NCBI RefSeq assembly: GCF_902713615.1
Contig: NC_052154.1
Coordinates: 15,811,784 to 15,875,783 of the forward strand
DNA from: Scyliorhinus canicula
Lineage: Eukaryota
Reading direction: 5' to 3'
Length of the DNA: 64,000 nucleotides
Shown: in pieces, positions 38,219-51,452 of the stretch
Numbering within the stretch: the first letter of the stretch is position 1
Layout of the letters: every line of letters starts with the position of its first letter
Position numbers and translations under genes: made by a program
Notes under the pieces: generated by a model
Seen by the model: only the letters and a program-made list of their open reading frames with translations
Database searches by the model: none
Told to the model about the DNA's origin: nothing

Positions 38219-38597
38219 TTTTAAGAGTACTGTGCACTATTTTAGCCTGTCTTTTGGATATTTCTGATAGTAAACCAAACTGTTCATACAGTTCATTAAC
38301 AACTCTCCCAAAGAACAAAAGCAAAATACTGTGAGAGCTGGAAATACCCCACAGGCTAAGCAGCATTTGCAGAGAGAGGAACATTAATGTTTCGGGGTTG
38401 ATGACCTTTCATTAAAAGTCCCAAGAACAAGTTGAGATGAAAGATCAGCCTTGATTAAATGATTGCTTGTTTCAAAAAGTAAAATCTGAATATAAGTTGT
38501 GTCCGGACACTGGTTATTTGATCCCCTAGTTTGGTGGAATTTGGGGCAAGATCTGCAAATACTACACTCCTTGGATCCATGATTAATATTTGGACAG

Positions 38598-38823
38598 GCA
38601 GGGCAACACGGTGGCGCAGTGGGTTAGCCCTGTTTCCTCACGGCGCCGAGGTCCCAGGTTCGATCCCGACTCTGGGTTACTGTCCGTGTGGAGTTTGCAC
38701 ATTTGCCCCGTGTTTGCGTGGGTTTCGCCCCCACAACCCAAAGATGTGCAGGCTAGGTGGATTGGCCACGCTAAATTGCCTCTTAATTGGAAAAAATAAA
38801 TTGGGTACTCTAAATTTTAAAAA
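38598..38823 (+). mobile_element. Short A-tailed V-SINE variant with 13-bp TSD
   Basis: TSD aatatttggacag at 38585-38597 and 38824-38836. Confidence 0.85.
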
Positions 38824-39308
38824 AATATTTGGACAGTGTCAGGAATACAGTACTATGATTGCAGAAATTGTAGTTCATTGTCATGTAACAGAAAATGCAT
38901 GCAAATAGTCAGTGAACGAAAGAAAAAGCTCTTCCTTGTGGACTACCGAAGGGCTAGGGCCTTTGACTGCATTGTTTCTGCATGACGCAAGTGACTTGTT
39001 GTGAATGTTCTTTTCTTTGTTCCTATTCCATTTTGTTGAATTGGTGCACAGCTTTCCTTTTGGCTACAAACCTTTTGCTTTTTTGAAGTTGAAGCAGCTC
39101 TAGTCTTTTTTTCCAAGTTGATCTTTGCAAGCAACTGAGTTCCAACCTGCTACTTGCTGCATAACTTTGGCATAAATTTGCTGGACTGCATTGAACTGTT
39201 TTGTCACTCCTTGCTTTAGAATTAGTTGCTTGTTACTCGGAGCTACTGTTGAAGGACAGAAGTTTCAACTTGAGGCCCTTTTGAAACTTGACTGAATTTG
39301 TTTTCCAG

Positions 39309-39410
39309 GCACTGGTTGTTGCCACTGAGCATAACGTACTCAAGGAGATGGACTTACGAGGACATTGCTTAGACTCTCTCCGTGACATCGCTTTTAAAAG
39401 TTTTAATCCG
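39309..39410 (+). CDS. CENPN: CENP-N coding exon 6 (ALVVATEHNVLKEMDLRGHCLDSLRDIAFKSFNP)
   Basis: ttccag/gtaaca, 102 nt; MDLR...LDSL motif. Confidence 0.95.
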
Positions 39411-39921
39411 GTAACAAAAAGCATTATTTTTCCCTATTAGCAAAAGTATTTTCTTGCAAACCAAAATTGATCATTTGACACTGATGTTAATTAATTACTC
39501 GTAAATGAAGGGCAGCACGGTGGCACAGTGCTTAGCACTGCTGCCTCACGGTGCCGAGGTACTAGGTTCAATCCCGGCGCTGGGTCACTGTCCGTGGAGT
39601 TTGCACATTCTCCCAGTATTTGCGTGTGGGTCTTACCCCCACAACCCAAAAGATGTGCAGGGTAGAAGGATCGGCCACGCTAAATTTCCCCTTAATTGGC
39701 AAAAAAATAATTGGATACTCTTTATTTTAAAAAAAATTTTTTATAGCTTGAAAATGGACATCCTGCTTTTGTTCACCCCATGTGAGGTAGAGCATTACCA
39801 ATTTCGTCCTTGATTTTATTGAATTTTGCTCTGGACAGTGACAGTGCAGACCTGTTACTTGCAGAAGACATTTAACACCCAAAAAACAAGTCCCGTTTGC
39901 CGAATATAGCGGGGTGTTTCT

Positions 39922-40088
39922 NNNNNNNNNNNNNNNNNNNNNNNNNNNNNNNNNNNNNNNNNNNNNNNNNNNNNNNNNNNNNNNNNNNNNNNNNNNNNNN
40001 NNNNNNNNNNNNNNNNNNNNNNNNNNNNNNNNNNNNNNNNNNNNNNNNNNNNNNNNNNNNNNNNNNNNNNNNNNNNNNNNNNNNNNNN
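39922..40088. other. Assembly gap (167 N)
   Basis: Run of n. Confidence 1.
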
Positions 40089-40616
40089 TATGTCTGGTCC
40101 ACATTTGAGTGGACAAGTGCTAAACGGGGCCATGCCATGGTCTCACTGCCGTTCGTTCCCAGGCCTCGGGAGAATTGGGCTCTGGCATATTTAAATTAGT
40201 CTAGTGCCTCAACTAAATATGTAAATCTTGATCCCGCCCAGATCGAAATGTTTTGCGAGATCTTGTCAGATCAGAGTATGGCACAACGAGGCCATTCGAT
40301 CACTCCCTATATCTGTTATTGTTTACTCTCCGCACCAATACAAAGTCCTAATGACCTCTGTCTGCCAAATTCTTGTCTTATCCTCCCCGCTCCCCAATCA
40401 CAGGCGCACACTCCGCTGTCTTATCCCTCTTCCCCAGAAAGCTGCCTCTGCCTTTAAAATTTTTTTTAAAAACTCAGTTCATTGATCAAAGTTTTTGGTC
40501 ATCTTTTCCTTCCCTTGTATGCAAAGTCACCTCAGAAAACTTTGCTTTGTTAAAGTTGCTGTATAAATGAAATTTGTGTTGAGGATTTACTCATGATCTG
40601 TTTATTTTAACTTCAG

Positions 40617-40674
40617 GCACTTCCTACACACCACAGGAAGCATTTACAACAGCTAAACACCAACCAGGAATCTG
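40617..40674 (+). CDS. CENPN: CENP-N coding exon 7 (linker, ALPTHHRKHLQQLNTNQES)
   Basis: cttcag/gtattg, 58 nt, phase 0-1 bridges exons 6 and 8; weak similarity to the human linker. Confidence 0.8.
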
Positions 40675-42730
40675 GTATTGTTTTGTTTTATTTTATTATT
40701 TCAATGCAGTTGTAATCTCCTCTGTTGTGACAGGAGTCAAATGATTTGCAGAAATAGAAGGGTAGCGCCCTAATTTGCTGTGTGAGAAGTGTCTAGCACT
40801 AGCCTGTAAACTTGTATTTACTTTAGGACGGTAGGAGTGTTTGTTTCTGTGTATTTGCAGGTGTCCTTGCCCTCATTTGTGGAAACCTTTATTTGTGGAC
40901 GGTTCTGGTGGAGAAGGAGGCGAGGTCTAGACAATAAATTTCTGCACTTTGACTCTGCTTCTGGAACGACTGAGGTTGAGGGGCAAACTGGTAGAGATTT
41001 ACAAAATTCTGAGTGGCATGGACAGAGTGAATAGTCAGACGCATGGGCCGGGGGGAGGGGGGGGGGGGGGCATAGGTTTAAGGTGTGAGGGGGAAAGTTT
41101 AGAGGAGGTGTGTGAGGCAAAGCAAGTTTTTTGGTTTTTTTTTGTTTTGTTTTGTATTGGGTTTTTTTACACCGAGGATGGTTAGTGCTTTTTAACGTGC
41201 TGCCCGGGGAGGCAGTGGAAGAAACTATGATAGCGACGTTTTAAGAAGCATCTTGACGCTTCTTAAAACGTGACTCGATGAATAGGATGGGGATAGAGGG
41301 TTGGGGACCCCAGAAGTGCAGACGGTTTTAGTTTAGACAGACATCATGATGGGTGCAGGTTTGGAGTGCCGAACGGCCAGTTCCTATGCTGTACTGTTTT
41401 TTCTTGGCAGTGGTGGGTTATAAGTTTAAATTTGGTAAGTGCTGTTATTGATTAGCTTGGGTTATTTTTGTGTAGGCCTGTGATAAAACAGACCTGGTAT
41501 ATACAACAGTGGAATATTATCACATGAGTTATTTATTGCAGTGATTTTCAATTTTTCACTGACCCCATATTGTGGGAGTGCAGCTGCCCTGCATAGAATT
41601 AAATGAATGAAAATCACCTATTGTCACAAGTAGGCTTCAAATTAAGTTACTGTGAAAAGCCCCTAGCCGCCACGTTCCGGCGCCTGTTTGGGAGGTTGGT
41701 ACGGGAATTGAACCGTGCTGCTGGCCTGCCTTGGTCTGCTTTAAAAGCCAGCGATTTAGCCCTGTGCTAAACCAGCCCCAGTGCCCTCTTGTTGACTTTA
41801 ATACACAAGATAAGCAAGCTCGAACTGAAGTCTTAGACTCTCTGGTAGACAACCTGTGACCCGGGGGCCGCATGCAACTCTTTTCGGTGTGGGACATGAG
41901 ACATGTGTGTTGACCGTTGCCCACGTGTAGGGTTGGCACATTCTGTTGATTTCCATTTTTTGTCCTACCGGTATGACTGAAGAGATGTACGCATAAAGCA
42001 AGGGCAAGTGAAGGAAGGTGCATGCTCACAATATTGACTGGAAGCCGTCTTGCTCCCTCTGCATTACAAGTGTAAATATTTATTTTGCTTTTACTATTTG
42101 ATGTTGATAGTTCTATTAATATAGAATCACTGCAGTGCAGAAGGAGGCCATTTGGCCCATGCAGTTTTCACCAACTCTCTGAAAGCGCACCCCAAACCCA
42201 GGCCCGCTCACCTGTAACCTAAACTTTGGACCCGAGCAGCAACATGGCCAATCTACCTAAACTGTGCATCTTTGGTGTGGGGGACCCGAGTACCCGGAGG
42301 AAAGGAAACCCACAGAAACACTGGGAGAGTGTGCAAACTTCACACCAAGGTCAGAATCAAACCCAGGTCCCTGGTGCTGTGAGGCAGCAGTGCTAGCCAC
42401 TGTGCCACCCCATATAAATGATTATGCATATTCTGTAGCTCGTTGTGAGATATTCAACATTTATAAATGTATTTCATGGGGTCATGATTAGTGAAAGAAC
42501 CTGATTTCAGACCTGTGCCCAGGGATGGCTGGGGGCCACTCATGAGCCACTCACTAGCCCAAGCTCCTCATCACTGCTTTAACTAATCTGCTTGCTTCTC
42601 TGATTCAAACTGAATTGTGTTCTGCCGGATGTTGGGAATTGTTAAATTGTTCTCTAATCTAGACAAAATGATCACTGACTATATGTATTCATCTAATTTC
42701 CTTCTCTTTCTCCTCTCCCACAAATACAAG

Positions 42731-42840
42731 ATAAGAGAATCACAATAGAAAATCTAAGAGAGAAAGAAGATGCCAAACGATTAACATCAGCGGCATTTGG
42801 AGAAGGGTCACTACCAAAACTAGAGGAGGTTCATTACAGG
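42731..42840 (+). CDS. CENPN: CENP-N coding exon 8 (DKRITIENLREKE...PKLEEVHYR)
   Basis: acaag/gtgtgt, 110 nt; matches human DSRIIHENIVEKE...FGDYPQPQLE. Confidence 0.93.
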
Positions 42841-43919
42841 GTGTGTATTGTATTGAAATGTGTCCTGATCGATATGCCATGGTCTTCTATGTATGTCGTT
42901 TAGCTTTTGGATGTCGCTTGGCTTTTCTATTTCTCAATTAGGAAGCCATGTAACCTTCTGCTAGATAATGTACTGAGGTTTCCAAGGATTCAGCTTGGCT
43001 CAGTAATGGAGCACATCTTTTACATTGTAGTCACGACACCGAAACAGTCCATTTAGCCCAAAAGGTACTCGGGTTATTGCTTCAAGCCCCACTCTAGGGG
43101 ATTGGATAGTAGTCTAGGCTGGCACTTCGACGCAGAGCATTGTTGAGGGTCCACTGAATTGCCTGTGATTTTGTCTTTCAAATGAGGTATTAAATTGAGA
43201 TCCCATCTAAATGCAACAAAAGCAAAACGCTTGATGCTTGAAATAAAGCAGAACATACCGCTGAGAGAGAAACAATTTTCAGCTTTGTAACCCTTTACCA
43301 TAATTTGAAGCAGACAGGGAGTCTTCCAATGTCTTGGTTCATGCTTATTCCTTGACCAACACCACCATTTATTTTTGCCAGGTTTCTGGTACGGTTTTAT
43401 AGTCATTTGACAAAGTACTAAGGAGTGAGATTTAGTTTTGTTTTGTCTTGCAAGTTATGATGATCTGGAAAGTATTGCTTCAGGCTGGTAGAAAGGGATT
43501 CAATAGTAACTTTGAAAAGGGAGCTGGATAAATAGTTAAAGTTGGAAATTTTGCCTGGCTGTTGGGAAGGGAATGAGCTAATTGGATAGCTTTCAGAAGG
43601 CCATTATTAACATAATGAGCCTAACTACCTCCTTCTGTGCATTTTATTTATTCAAGGGATGTGGACGTCACTGGCAAGGCCAGCATTTATTGCCCATCCC
43701 GATATCATTCTATGATTCTCTTTCCCCTGTTCCAGTGATTATGATTACTTCTTGCTGGAGTGCAGTTGAGTGCTTTGATGTAATCCTTGGTAGCAAACCA
43801 CCACAGCCAATTCTGCGGCATTTGTATTTCCAACTAGGGTTGATGATGATGAAAGAAAAGGAATCCTGACTGAGGGTAGCAGTGGTATTGTCGCTGGGCT
43901 AGTAATCCAGAGCCCAGGT

Positions 43920-46010
43920 TTCATAGAATCGCAGAAAAGGCCCTTCGGCCCATCGAGTCTGCACCACCGCATGACTGGCTTCTGATCTGCCAATCCTAAT
44001 CCCATTTGCCAGCACTTGGCCCATAGTCTCGAATGTTAAGACGTACCAAGTGCTCATCCAGGTACTTTTTTAAAGGATGTGAGGCAACCCACCTCTACCT
44101 CCCTCCCAAAGTGTGTGTTCCAGACCATCACCACCTTCTGGGTCAAAAATGTTTTCCTTGAATCTCACCCCTCACCTTGAATTTGTGTCCCCTCGTAACT
44201 GATCCTTCAACTAAGGGGAACAGCTATTCCCATTCCACCCTGGCCATGCCCCTCATAATCCTGTAGGCCTCGATCAGGTTGCCCCTCTGTCTTTTCTGCT
44301 CCAGAGAAAACAACCCAAACCTACCCAACCTCTCTTCATAAACTTAAATCTTCATCCCAGCAGCATCTTGTTGAAACTTCTCTGCACCCACTCACGTAGT
44401 CATCCAAGTCATTTGTATAAATGCCAAATAATAGGGGAGCCAGCACAGATCCCTGTGTTATGCCACTGGAGAATGGCTTCCAGTCACGAATGCAGCCGTC
44501 TGTCACCACACTCTGTTTCCTACAGCTCTGCCAGCTTTGAATCCACCATATCAGGTTCCCCTGTATCCCATGTGCATTTGCCTTCTTTATGTCTCTCATA
44601 AGGGACCTTGCCAAATGCTTTTCTGAAATCCATGTAAATTACATCAACTGGGGCAGCACGGTGGCCTAGTGGTTAGCACAGCCGCCTCACGGCGCTGAGG
44701 TCCCAGGTTCGATCCCGGCTCTGGGTCACTGTCCGTGTGGAGTTTGCACGTTCTCTCCGTGTCTGCGTGGGTTTCGCCCCCACAATCCAAAAATGTGCAG
44801 AGTAGGTGGATTGGCCACGCTAAATTGCCCCTTAATTGAAAATTATTAATAAAAGTTTTTTTTTAAATTACATCAACTGCACTACCCTCATCTACACATT
44901 TAGTCACGTGCTCAAAAATTCAATCAAATTTGTTAGGCATGACCTCCCTCTAACAAAGCAATGCTGACTATTCCTGATCATCCGTGCCTCTCCAAGTGGA
45001 GATAGATTCTCCTTCAGAATTTTCTCCATTCGTTTCCCCACCACTGATTTGAGAGTCACTGGCCTGTAAATCCCTGGCTTACCCCTACAGCCTTTCTTAA
45101 ATAGTGGGACCACATTCGCGGATCTGCAGTCTCTGGCACCTCTCCCGTGGCCAGAGAAGAATTAAAAATTTTGATCCGGGCCCCTGCAATCTCCCACAAC
45201 AACCTGGGAAAAGGGGCAGCACGGTGGCGCAGTGGGTTAGCCCTGTTGCCTCACGGTGTCGAGGTCCCAGGTTCAAACCTGGCTCTGGGTCACTGTCCGT
45301 GTGGAGTTTGCACATTCTCCCCGTGTTTGTGTGGGTTTCGCCCCGACAACCCAAAGATGTGCAGGTTAGGTGGATTGGTCACGTTAAATTGCCCCTTAAT
45401 TGGAAAAAATTGATTGGGTACTCTAAATTTATTTTTAAAAAACAACCTGGAAACAATTTGTCCGGACGTGGAGATTTCTCCACTTTTAAGCCTGCCAGCA
45501 CCTCAAACACCTTGTCCCTCTGACAACTTGCTCACTAACCTCACAGTCTCTCTCCCCGAATTCCATATCTTACTACTCATTCTCTTGGGTGAAGACAGAT
45601 GGAAAATATGCATTTAACACCCTACCAATGTCCTCTGGTTCCATCCATGGATTCTCTCCTTGGTCCCAAATGGGCCCTACTTTTTCCCTAGTTATCCTCT
45701 TCCCATTGATATACTTATAGAATATCTTGGGATTTTCCCTACTTTCACCAGCTAGAGATTTCTCATATCATCTTTTTGTTCTTCTAATTGCTTTCTTAAG
45801 CTCCATCCTGCACTTGTGTACTCCACTAATGCCTCTATTGATTTACTCCCCTTGTAAGCCTCTCCCATCCTTCTCATTGTATCCTGAATATCTCGGGTCA
45901 TCCATGGTTCTCTGGGCTTGCTACCCCTTCCTATTACTCTCGAGGGAACATATTGGGCCTGTACCCTCCCCATTTCCTCTTTGGACACCCCCTACATCTC
46001 TTCTGTCCAC
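43920..46010 (-). mobile_element. CR1 LINE ORF2 (RT) fragments with nested SINEs at 44651-44863 and 45213-45440
   Basis: VPLFKKG..KPGIYRPVTL, RGRSCLTNLIEF, QGSVLAPLLF.IYTNDLD. Confidence 0.9.
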
Positions 46011-47055
46011 CTCTTCACCATGGCAGATGGTAAAATTTGAATTCAACAAGAATCTGGAATTAAAATTCTAATGACCATGAAACCATTGTCAATTGTCATA
46101 AAATCCCATCTGGTTCACTCATGTCCTTTAGGGAAGGAAATCTGTCGCACTTACCTGGTCTGGCCTATATGTGACTCCAGATCCACAGCAATATGGTCAA
46201 GTCTTAAATGTCCTCTGGGATGGGCAATAAATGCTGGCTCAGCCAGTGATGCCCACATCACATGAACGAACGTTAAATTAAAAGAAAGTTCCGCCTAGTT
46301 AAAACGCGGTGAAAAACCCTTGTAGAAGAAGAAATACTGTCTCCTTATTTACATAGAACATACAGTGCAGAAGGAGGCCATTCGGCCCATCGAGTCTGCA
46401 CCGACCCATTTAAGTCCTCACTTCCACCCTAACCCTGCAACCCAATAACCTCCCCTAACCTTTTTGGTCACTACGGGCAATTTATCATGGCCAATCCACC
46501 TAACCTGCACGTCTTTGGACTATGGGAGGAAACTGGAGCACCTGGAGGAAACCCACGCTGACATGGGGAGAACGTGCAGACTCCGCACAGACAGTGACCC
46601 AGCAAGCAATTGAACCTGGGATTCTGGTGCTGTGAAGCCACAGTGCTGCCCAATCTAAAGGCTTTTTCTAATGAGATATATTGGAATATACAAGTAGGGA
46701 GGTTCTACTGCAGCTGTACAGGGCCTTTGTGAAGCCACATCTGTCTTATTTGAGAAAAGATATAATTGCTTTAGAAGCTGTTCAGAAAAGCTTCACTCAA
46801 TTCATTCCTGGGATGAGGAGCTTATTTTATGAAGAAAGATTGGGCCAATCTATACCCATTGGAGTTTAGAAGAAGAAGAGGTGGTCTTATTGAAACCTAA
46901 GATCCTATGGGGATTTATTAGGGTAGATGCCCAAGATCCTGAGGGGATTTAATAGGGCAGATGTCCGGAGGTCCTATGTTCCTGAGCTATTTTATCGCTG
47001 CTTTCCTTTGCCAATTGTTATATCTCTAACACAAATTCCAAATCTATTCTTTCAG

Positions 47056-47182
47056 TTACAAACTGTCTTTAAAGATGAACGCAACATGGGGATTTTATCA
47101 GACAGAAGAAAACCATTCCGATGTGTAGCAAAATTTTCCAGTCCGAATATCCTCGAATCATTGAGAGCACTGCCAGCACTAG
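47056..47182 (+). CDS. CENPN: CENP-N coding exon 9 (LQTVFK...RCVAKFSSPNILESLRALPAL)
   Basis: ttcag/gtaggt, 127 nt; KFSSP motif. Confidence 0.96.
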
Positions 47183-47391
47183 GTAGGTATAATTCTTAGC
47201 TTATTCCATCACCTATGTCTACCTATTTTCTTTGCCCTTTCATTCCTACCATACTTTGTTTTTACTTGTGTAGCTTAGTTTGATGTCGCGGTTAATAATC
47301 CATTAAACCCACTATGCGAATTAAGAGTCTAGCTTTAAATTGAAAAATTCCAGTACCCCAATTTCTGAATTTATTGTAAGAAATATTATCT

Positions 47392-50300
47392 GCTGACTTC
47401 TGGTGGCGGCTATGAAGGAGTAAGTCACACGTTTGGTGGCTCCCGCTCTGGTCGGACTTTTGGACCTTTATCCCCCGATTTTCTACCGGACTTGAATTGT
47501 AAAACTGATGACCAAGGTAATTGTGTACTGAATTCTCACATCGGTGTGTGGAGAGAAGGATTAGAGTGCTTGTAAAGGCAGAAACGGAAAGACAGAGAAG
47601 GCTTGGGCTGAAGCTGCAGCAGGAGACAGCATGGCGGACCTCTGGTTCGTTGACCCAGTAGTCAAAGGAGCATCTGATGCAAGTTATTCAGGAAGGCTTT
47701 GCTAAGCAGAAACGGGACTCCTTGGACCCTGATAAAGCAGTCAATTGAGCGGCTGGAACTTAGATAGGATGCCCAAGATCAGGCGATCCAGAAAGTAGAG
47801 AAGATGCCTTCTACTAGTAGAGGAGGCGTAACATCAAACTGCGGTGGAGTTGGAGGTGGGTATGCTGAGCGACCAGCAGAAGAAGCTCCTGGAGAAGGTG
47901 GAGGACCAAGAGAATAGGTCCCGCTGGCAGAACTTGAGAATCGTTGGGCTCCCGGAGGGGTCCGAAGGAGCGGACACTGGGGCATACATAGCGGGTATGT
48001 TTGAGAAGCTGCTGGGGGAGGGGACATTCTCCCGACCGTTGGAGGTGGACAAGACTCACGGAGTGCTCGTGAAGAAGCCGCGAATGGGAGACCCCCCCCC
48101 CACCCCCCGAGGGCAGTGGTGGTGAGATTCCACAGATACTTGGATAAGGAGCGCATTCTACAGTGGGCCAAGCAGACACAGAGCTGTAAAGGGGAGAATA
48201 GTATCCTGCAGGTTTACCAAGACCTGAGTGTGGAGGTGGCCAGGAGAAGAGCAGGCTTCAACCAGATTTGGTCGATCCTTTTTAAGAAAAAGGTGAAGTT
48301 TGGACTGTTGTATCCGTCTCTGGGTCACACACGAGGAACAGCATTTTTATTTTGAGTCGCCTGAGGACGCTCTGCACTTGGCGAAAAGGAAAGGACTGGT
48401 GGTGGACTGAGAACTTTTGAACTTTGCAACGTTCTTGTTTTGGTTTTTGTTTTTCTGTTCTTTTTTTTTTAAATAAAAAGTTTCTCGTTTTTCATTTTGT
48501 GGAAGCTGTTTGTAATGCCTTTAGCATTGATTTGGGACCAATGGTAGAGCTGAGTGAGTTACGGTTTTCATTTGCACTGTTGGGTGATGGAGGTGTGCTT
48601 GTTTACATCTTGGTGTTTTTCTGTCGGGAAATTGTGTGGGGACTGTTTGATGTTGGAGTATGTTTGTATGAGTGGAGGGTGGGGAGGGAACAATCGATGG
48701 GAGACTATCTGGCGCCAGGGATTGGGGCCACTAAGCTAGCTGCACGGGTTAGCTCACGGAAGCGCAGTAGGGGGGGTGTGCATATGTTGGGTTTATTGAA
48801 TGTGTTGGGTTACAGAGGGTTGTTACTGGGGGGAGGGGTGGTAAATGTTCTGCTGATGTGGGAGGGACTTGGGCTAAGGGACAGAGATGAGGTTGGGGGC
48901 GGAGGCTGTCTAGGGGTGGACTGGTGGAGGCACGGAGTATGGGCTGGAAGCGGGCCCAAAAAAGGGGATGGCTGATTGACGAGGGGGGGGGAAAGGAATG
49001 AGCCCCCCAACTAGGCTGATCACTTGGAATGTTTGAGGGTTAAATGGGCTGTTCGCACATCTTAGGGGACTGAAGACGGATGTGGTAATGTTGCCGGAGA
49101 CTCACCTGGTGACCAGATTAGATTGAAGAAAGGCTGGGTCAGTCAGGTCTTTCACTCGGGGCTAGACTCGAAGACTAGAGGGGCCGCGATCCTGATCAAT
49201 AAGTGGATGGTGTTTGAAGTGGGTAGAATAATCTCTGTGGGAGGTCGGTACATTATGGTCAGTGGGAAACTGAAGGGGGTGCAGGTGGTATTAGTAAATG
49301 TGTATGCACCAAATTGGGATGATGTGGAGTTTATAAAGAGGATGCTGGGGAAGATAAAGGACCTGGACTCGCACAGGTTGATCATGGGAGGGGACTTCAA
49401 CAAAGTTATTAACCCTGGCTTGGACCGGTCAAGCTCTAAAACGGGCATGGTGCCAGCAATGCAAAGGAACTAAAAGGGTTCATGGAGCAGATGGAGTGGA
49501 TCCATGGAGATTTGGGCAGCCGAGGGCGAAGGAGTTCTCCTTCTACTCACACGTGCATGAAGTGTACTCCTGGATTGATTTCCTTATTTTGAGCAGGGTC
49601 TTACTGGCAGGGGTGGTGACATGGGGTACACGGCGATCACAATCTCAGACCATGCTCAGCACTGGGTTGACCTGCAGGTTAGTAAAGACAGTAACCAGCG
49701 CCCGCAATGGAGGTTAGATGTGGGACTTTTGGCTGACGAAGGGGTGTGCGAGCGGCTGAGGAAGTGTATTCAGAACTACCTGCAGGCCAATGACACCGGG
49801 GAAATTTCAGCAGCGGTGGTCTCAGAAGCACTGAAGGCGGTGGTCAGAGGGGAGCTGATCTCTATACAGGTCGATAGGGAGAAGGTGGACAAGGCAGAGA
49901 CGGACCGACTGGTAAAGGAGATACTACAGATCGATAGGAGGTATGCGGAGACCCCAGAGGCAGGGCTTTTAAGGGAACGGCGGAGGCTACAGGTGGAGTT
50001 TGGCTTGTTAATCACAGAGAGGGCGTGGAGCAGCTGAAGGCGAGGGGGGCACGGAGAGAAGGCCAGCAGAATGCCTGCACAGCAGCTTAGAAAGAGGGAG
50101 GCAGCCAGGGAGCTAGGGAAAGTAAATGACGGAGGTGGGAACCTGGTTGGAGATTCAGCAGGGGTGAATAAGGCGTTTAGGGATTTCTACAGTAGGCTGT
50201 ACATATTGGAACCCCCTACGGGGCCGGAGGGGATGAGGCACTTCTTGGAGGGGCTGAATTTCCCAAAGGTGGACGGGAGCTGGTAGAAGGGCTGGGGGCC

Positions 50301-50894
50301 CCGATCGGGTTGGACGAGATAGTGGAGGGTCTGAAGGCCGTGCAGTCCAGTAAAGCCCCGGGGCGAGAAGGGTGCCCAGCAGAGTTCTACAAAATGTTCT
50401 CTGGGATATTGGGGCCGGTATTGATGAGGATGTTCAATGGGGCAAGGGAAAGAGGGGTGCTGCCCCCGACAATGTCACAGGCCATGATTTCGCTGATTCT
50501 GAAGCGGGACAAGAACCCAGAGCTGTGTGGTCCTGCTGGCCGAGATTGCTGTTGAATGTGGATGCCAAATTGCTGACCAAAATTTTGTCCTCCAGGATTA
50601 AGGATTGTGTTCCGGATGTTATTGGGGAGGACCAGACGGGGTTTGTTAAGGGTAGGCAGTTGGTGGACAATGTAAGAAGGTTGTTAAACATGATCATGAT
50701 GCCCCCAGAAGGTAGGGAGGTGGAGGTAGTGATCGCAATGGATGCAGAAAAGGCTTGGAGTAGGGGTTTAATAAAGATGGGACCTGTCAGGAAGGGAGAC
50801 AGCTTTTGCACTGTTTATAGTTTCATGTGTATTGTTTATTTTGTTGCAATACCAAAATTACCTCCATAAAATGTTTTATTTAAAAAAAAAGAAA
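47392..50894 (+). mobile_element. L1-clade LINE, 5'-intact and internally deleted, in the last CENPN intron
   Basis: ORF1 ENRSRWQNLRIVGLPE; ORF2 GGDFN, SDHA, DQTGFVKGR, MDAEKA; poly-A; TSD aaatattatct 47381-47391 / 50895-50905. Confidence 0.92.
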
Positions 50895-51122
50895 AAATAT
50901 TATCTACTTCTAAGTGACCTCCATTAGTGATATTTTATTTGGTTGCTATTTGTTGGTAATGAACACCTCAATTTTAAATTGGTAAAATTAATATTTGCAA
51001 TTTGTTCGGATTAGTAACAGGGCAAAAAGTTTGTGGAATATGTAAAACTAAAGCTTGCTGATGGAAGACTTGTAGCATTAATTATGTTTTATATCCATGA
51101 CCATTTTCTTCTTTTTTTTTAG

Positions 51123-51235
51123 GGATTGCTGATGTTCCCATTTCGACCATGTTCAGTAGTATTCCAGAGAAGGGGAAGAATTATTTCAAAATAACAGACA
51201 AAAAGACTGTTGGGCCGAATACACCAGGTCCTTAA
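51123..51235 (+). CDS. CENPN: CENP-N last coding exon (GIADVPIS...NYFKITDKKTVGPNTPGP*)
   Basis: Poly-T/ag acceptor, TAA 51233-51235; matches human GIADAPLS...NYFKIRDK. Spliced CDS totals 1035 nt = 344 aa. Confidence 0.95.
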
Positions 51236-51446
51236 GCTTCGTAGTCCAAGGACATTCTGTAAATACTTTTATGTTTCCTGTGGAAAACTCTCTTCCTTCT
51301 TCTGGTCTGTAATGAAGCTTTCAACTTTCCCCATGATTGCTGAGCAATTACTTTGCACATGTGAATTTGACATTGTTAACGTTGTTACCTGACATTAATC
51401 ATAATTTTTCAGGAGAAGCAGTTCATATATTCCTTGTGTTTTAAAA

Positions 51447-51452
51447 AATAAA
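51447..51452 (+). terminator. Probable CENPN polyadenylation signal
   Basis: First AATAAA after the stop, about 210 nt downstream. Confidence 0.5.

Noticed and set aside
39727-40199. ORFs with X runs
   Set aside because: Artefacts of the N gap.
44651-44720. tRNA genes (here and at other SINE heads)
   Set aside because: A/B boxes run directly into SINE bodies.
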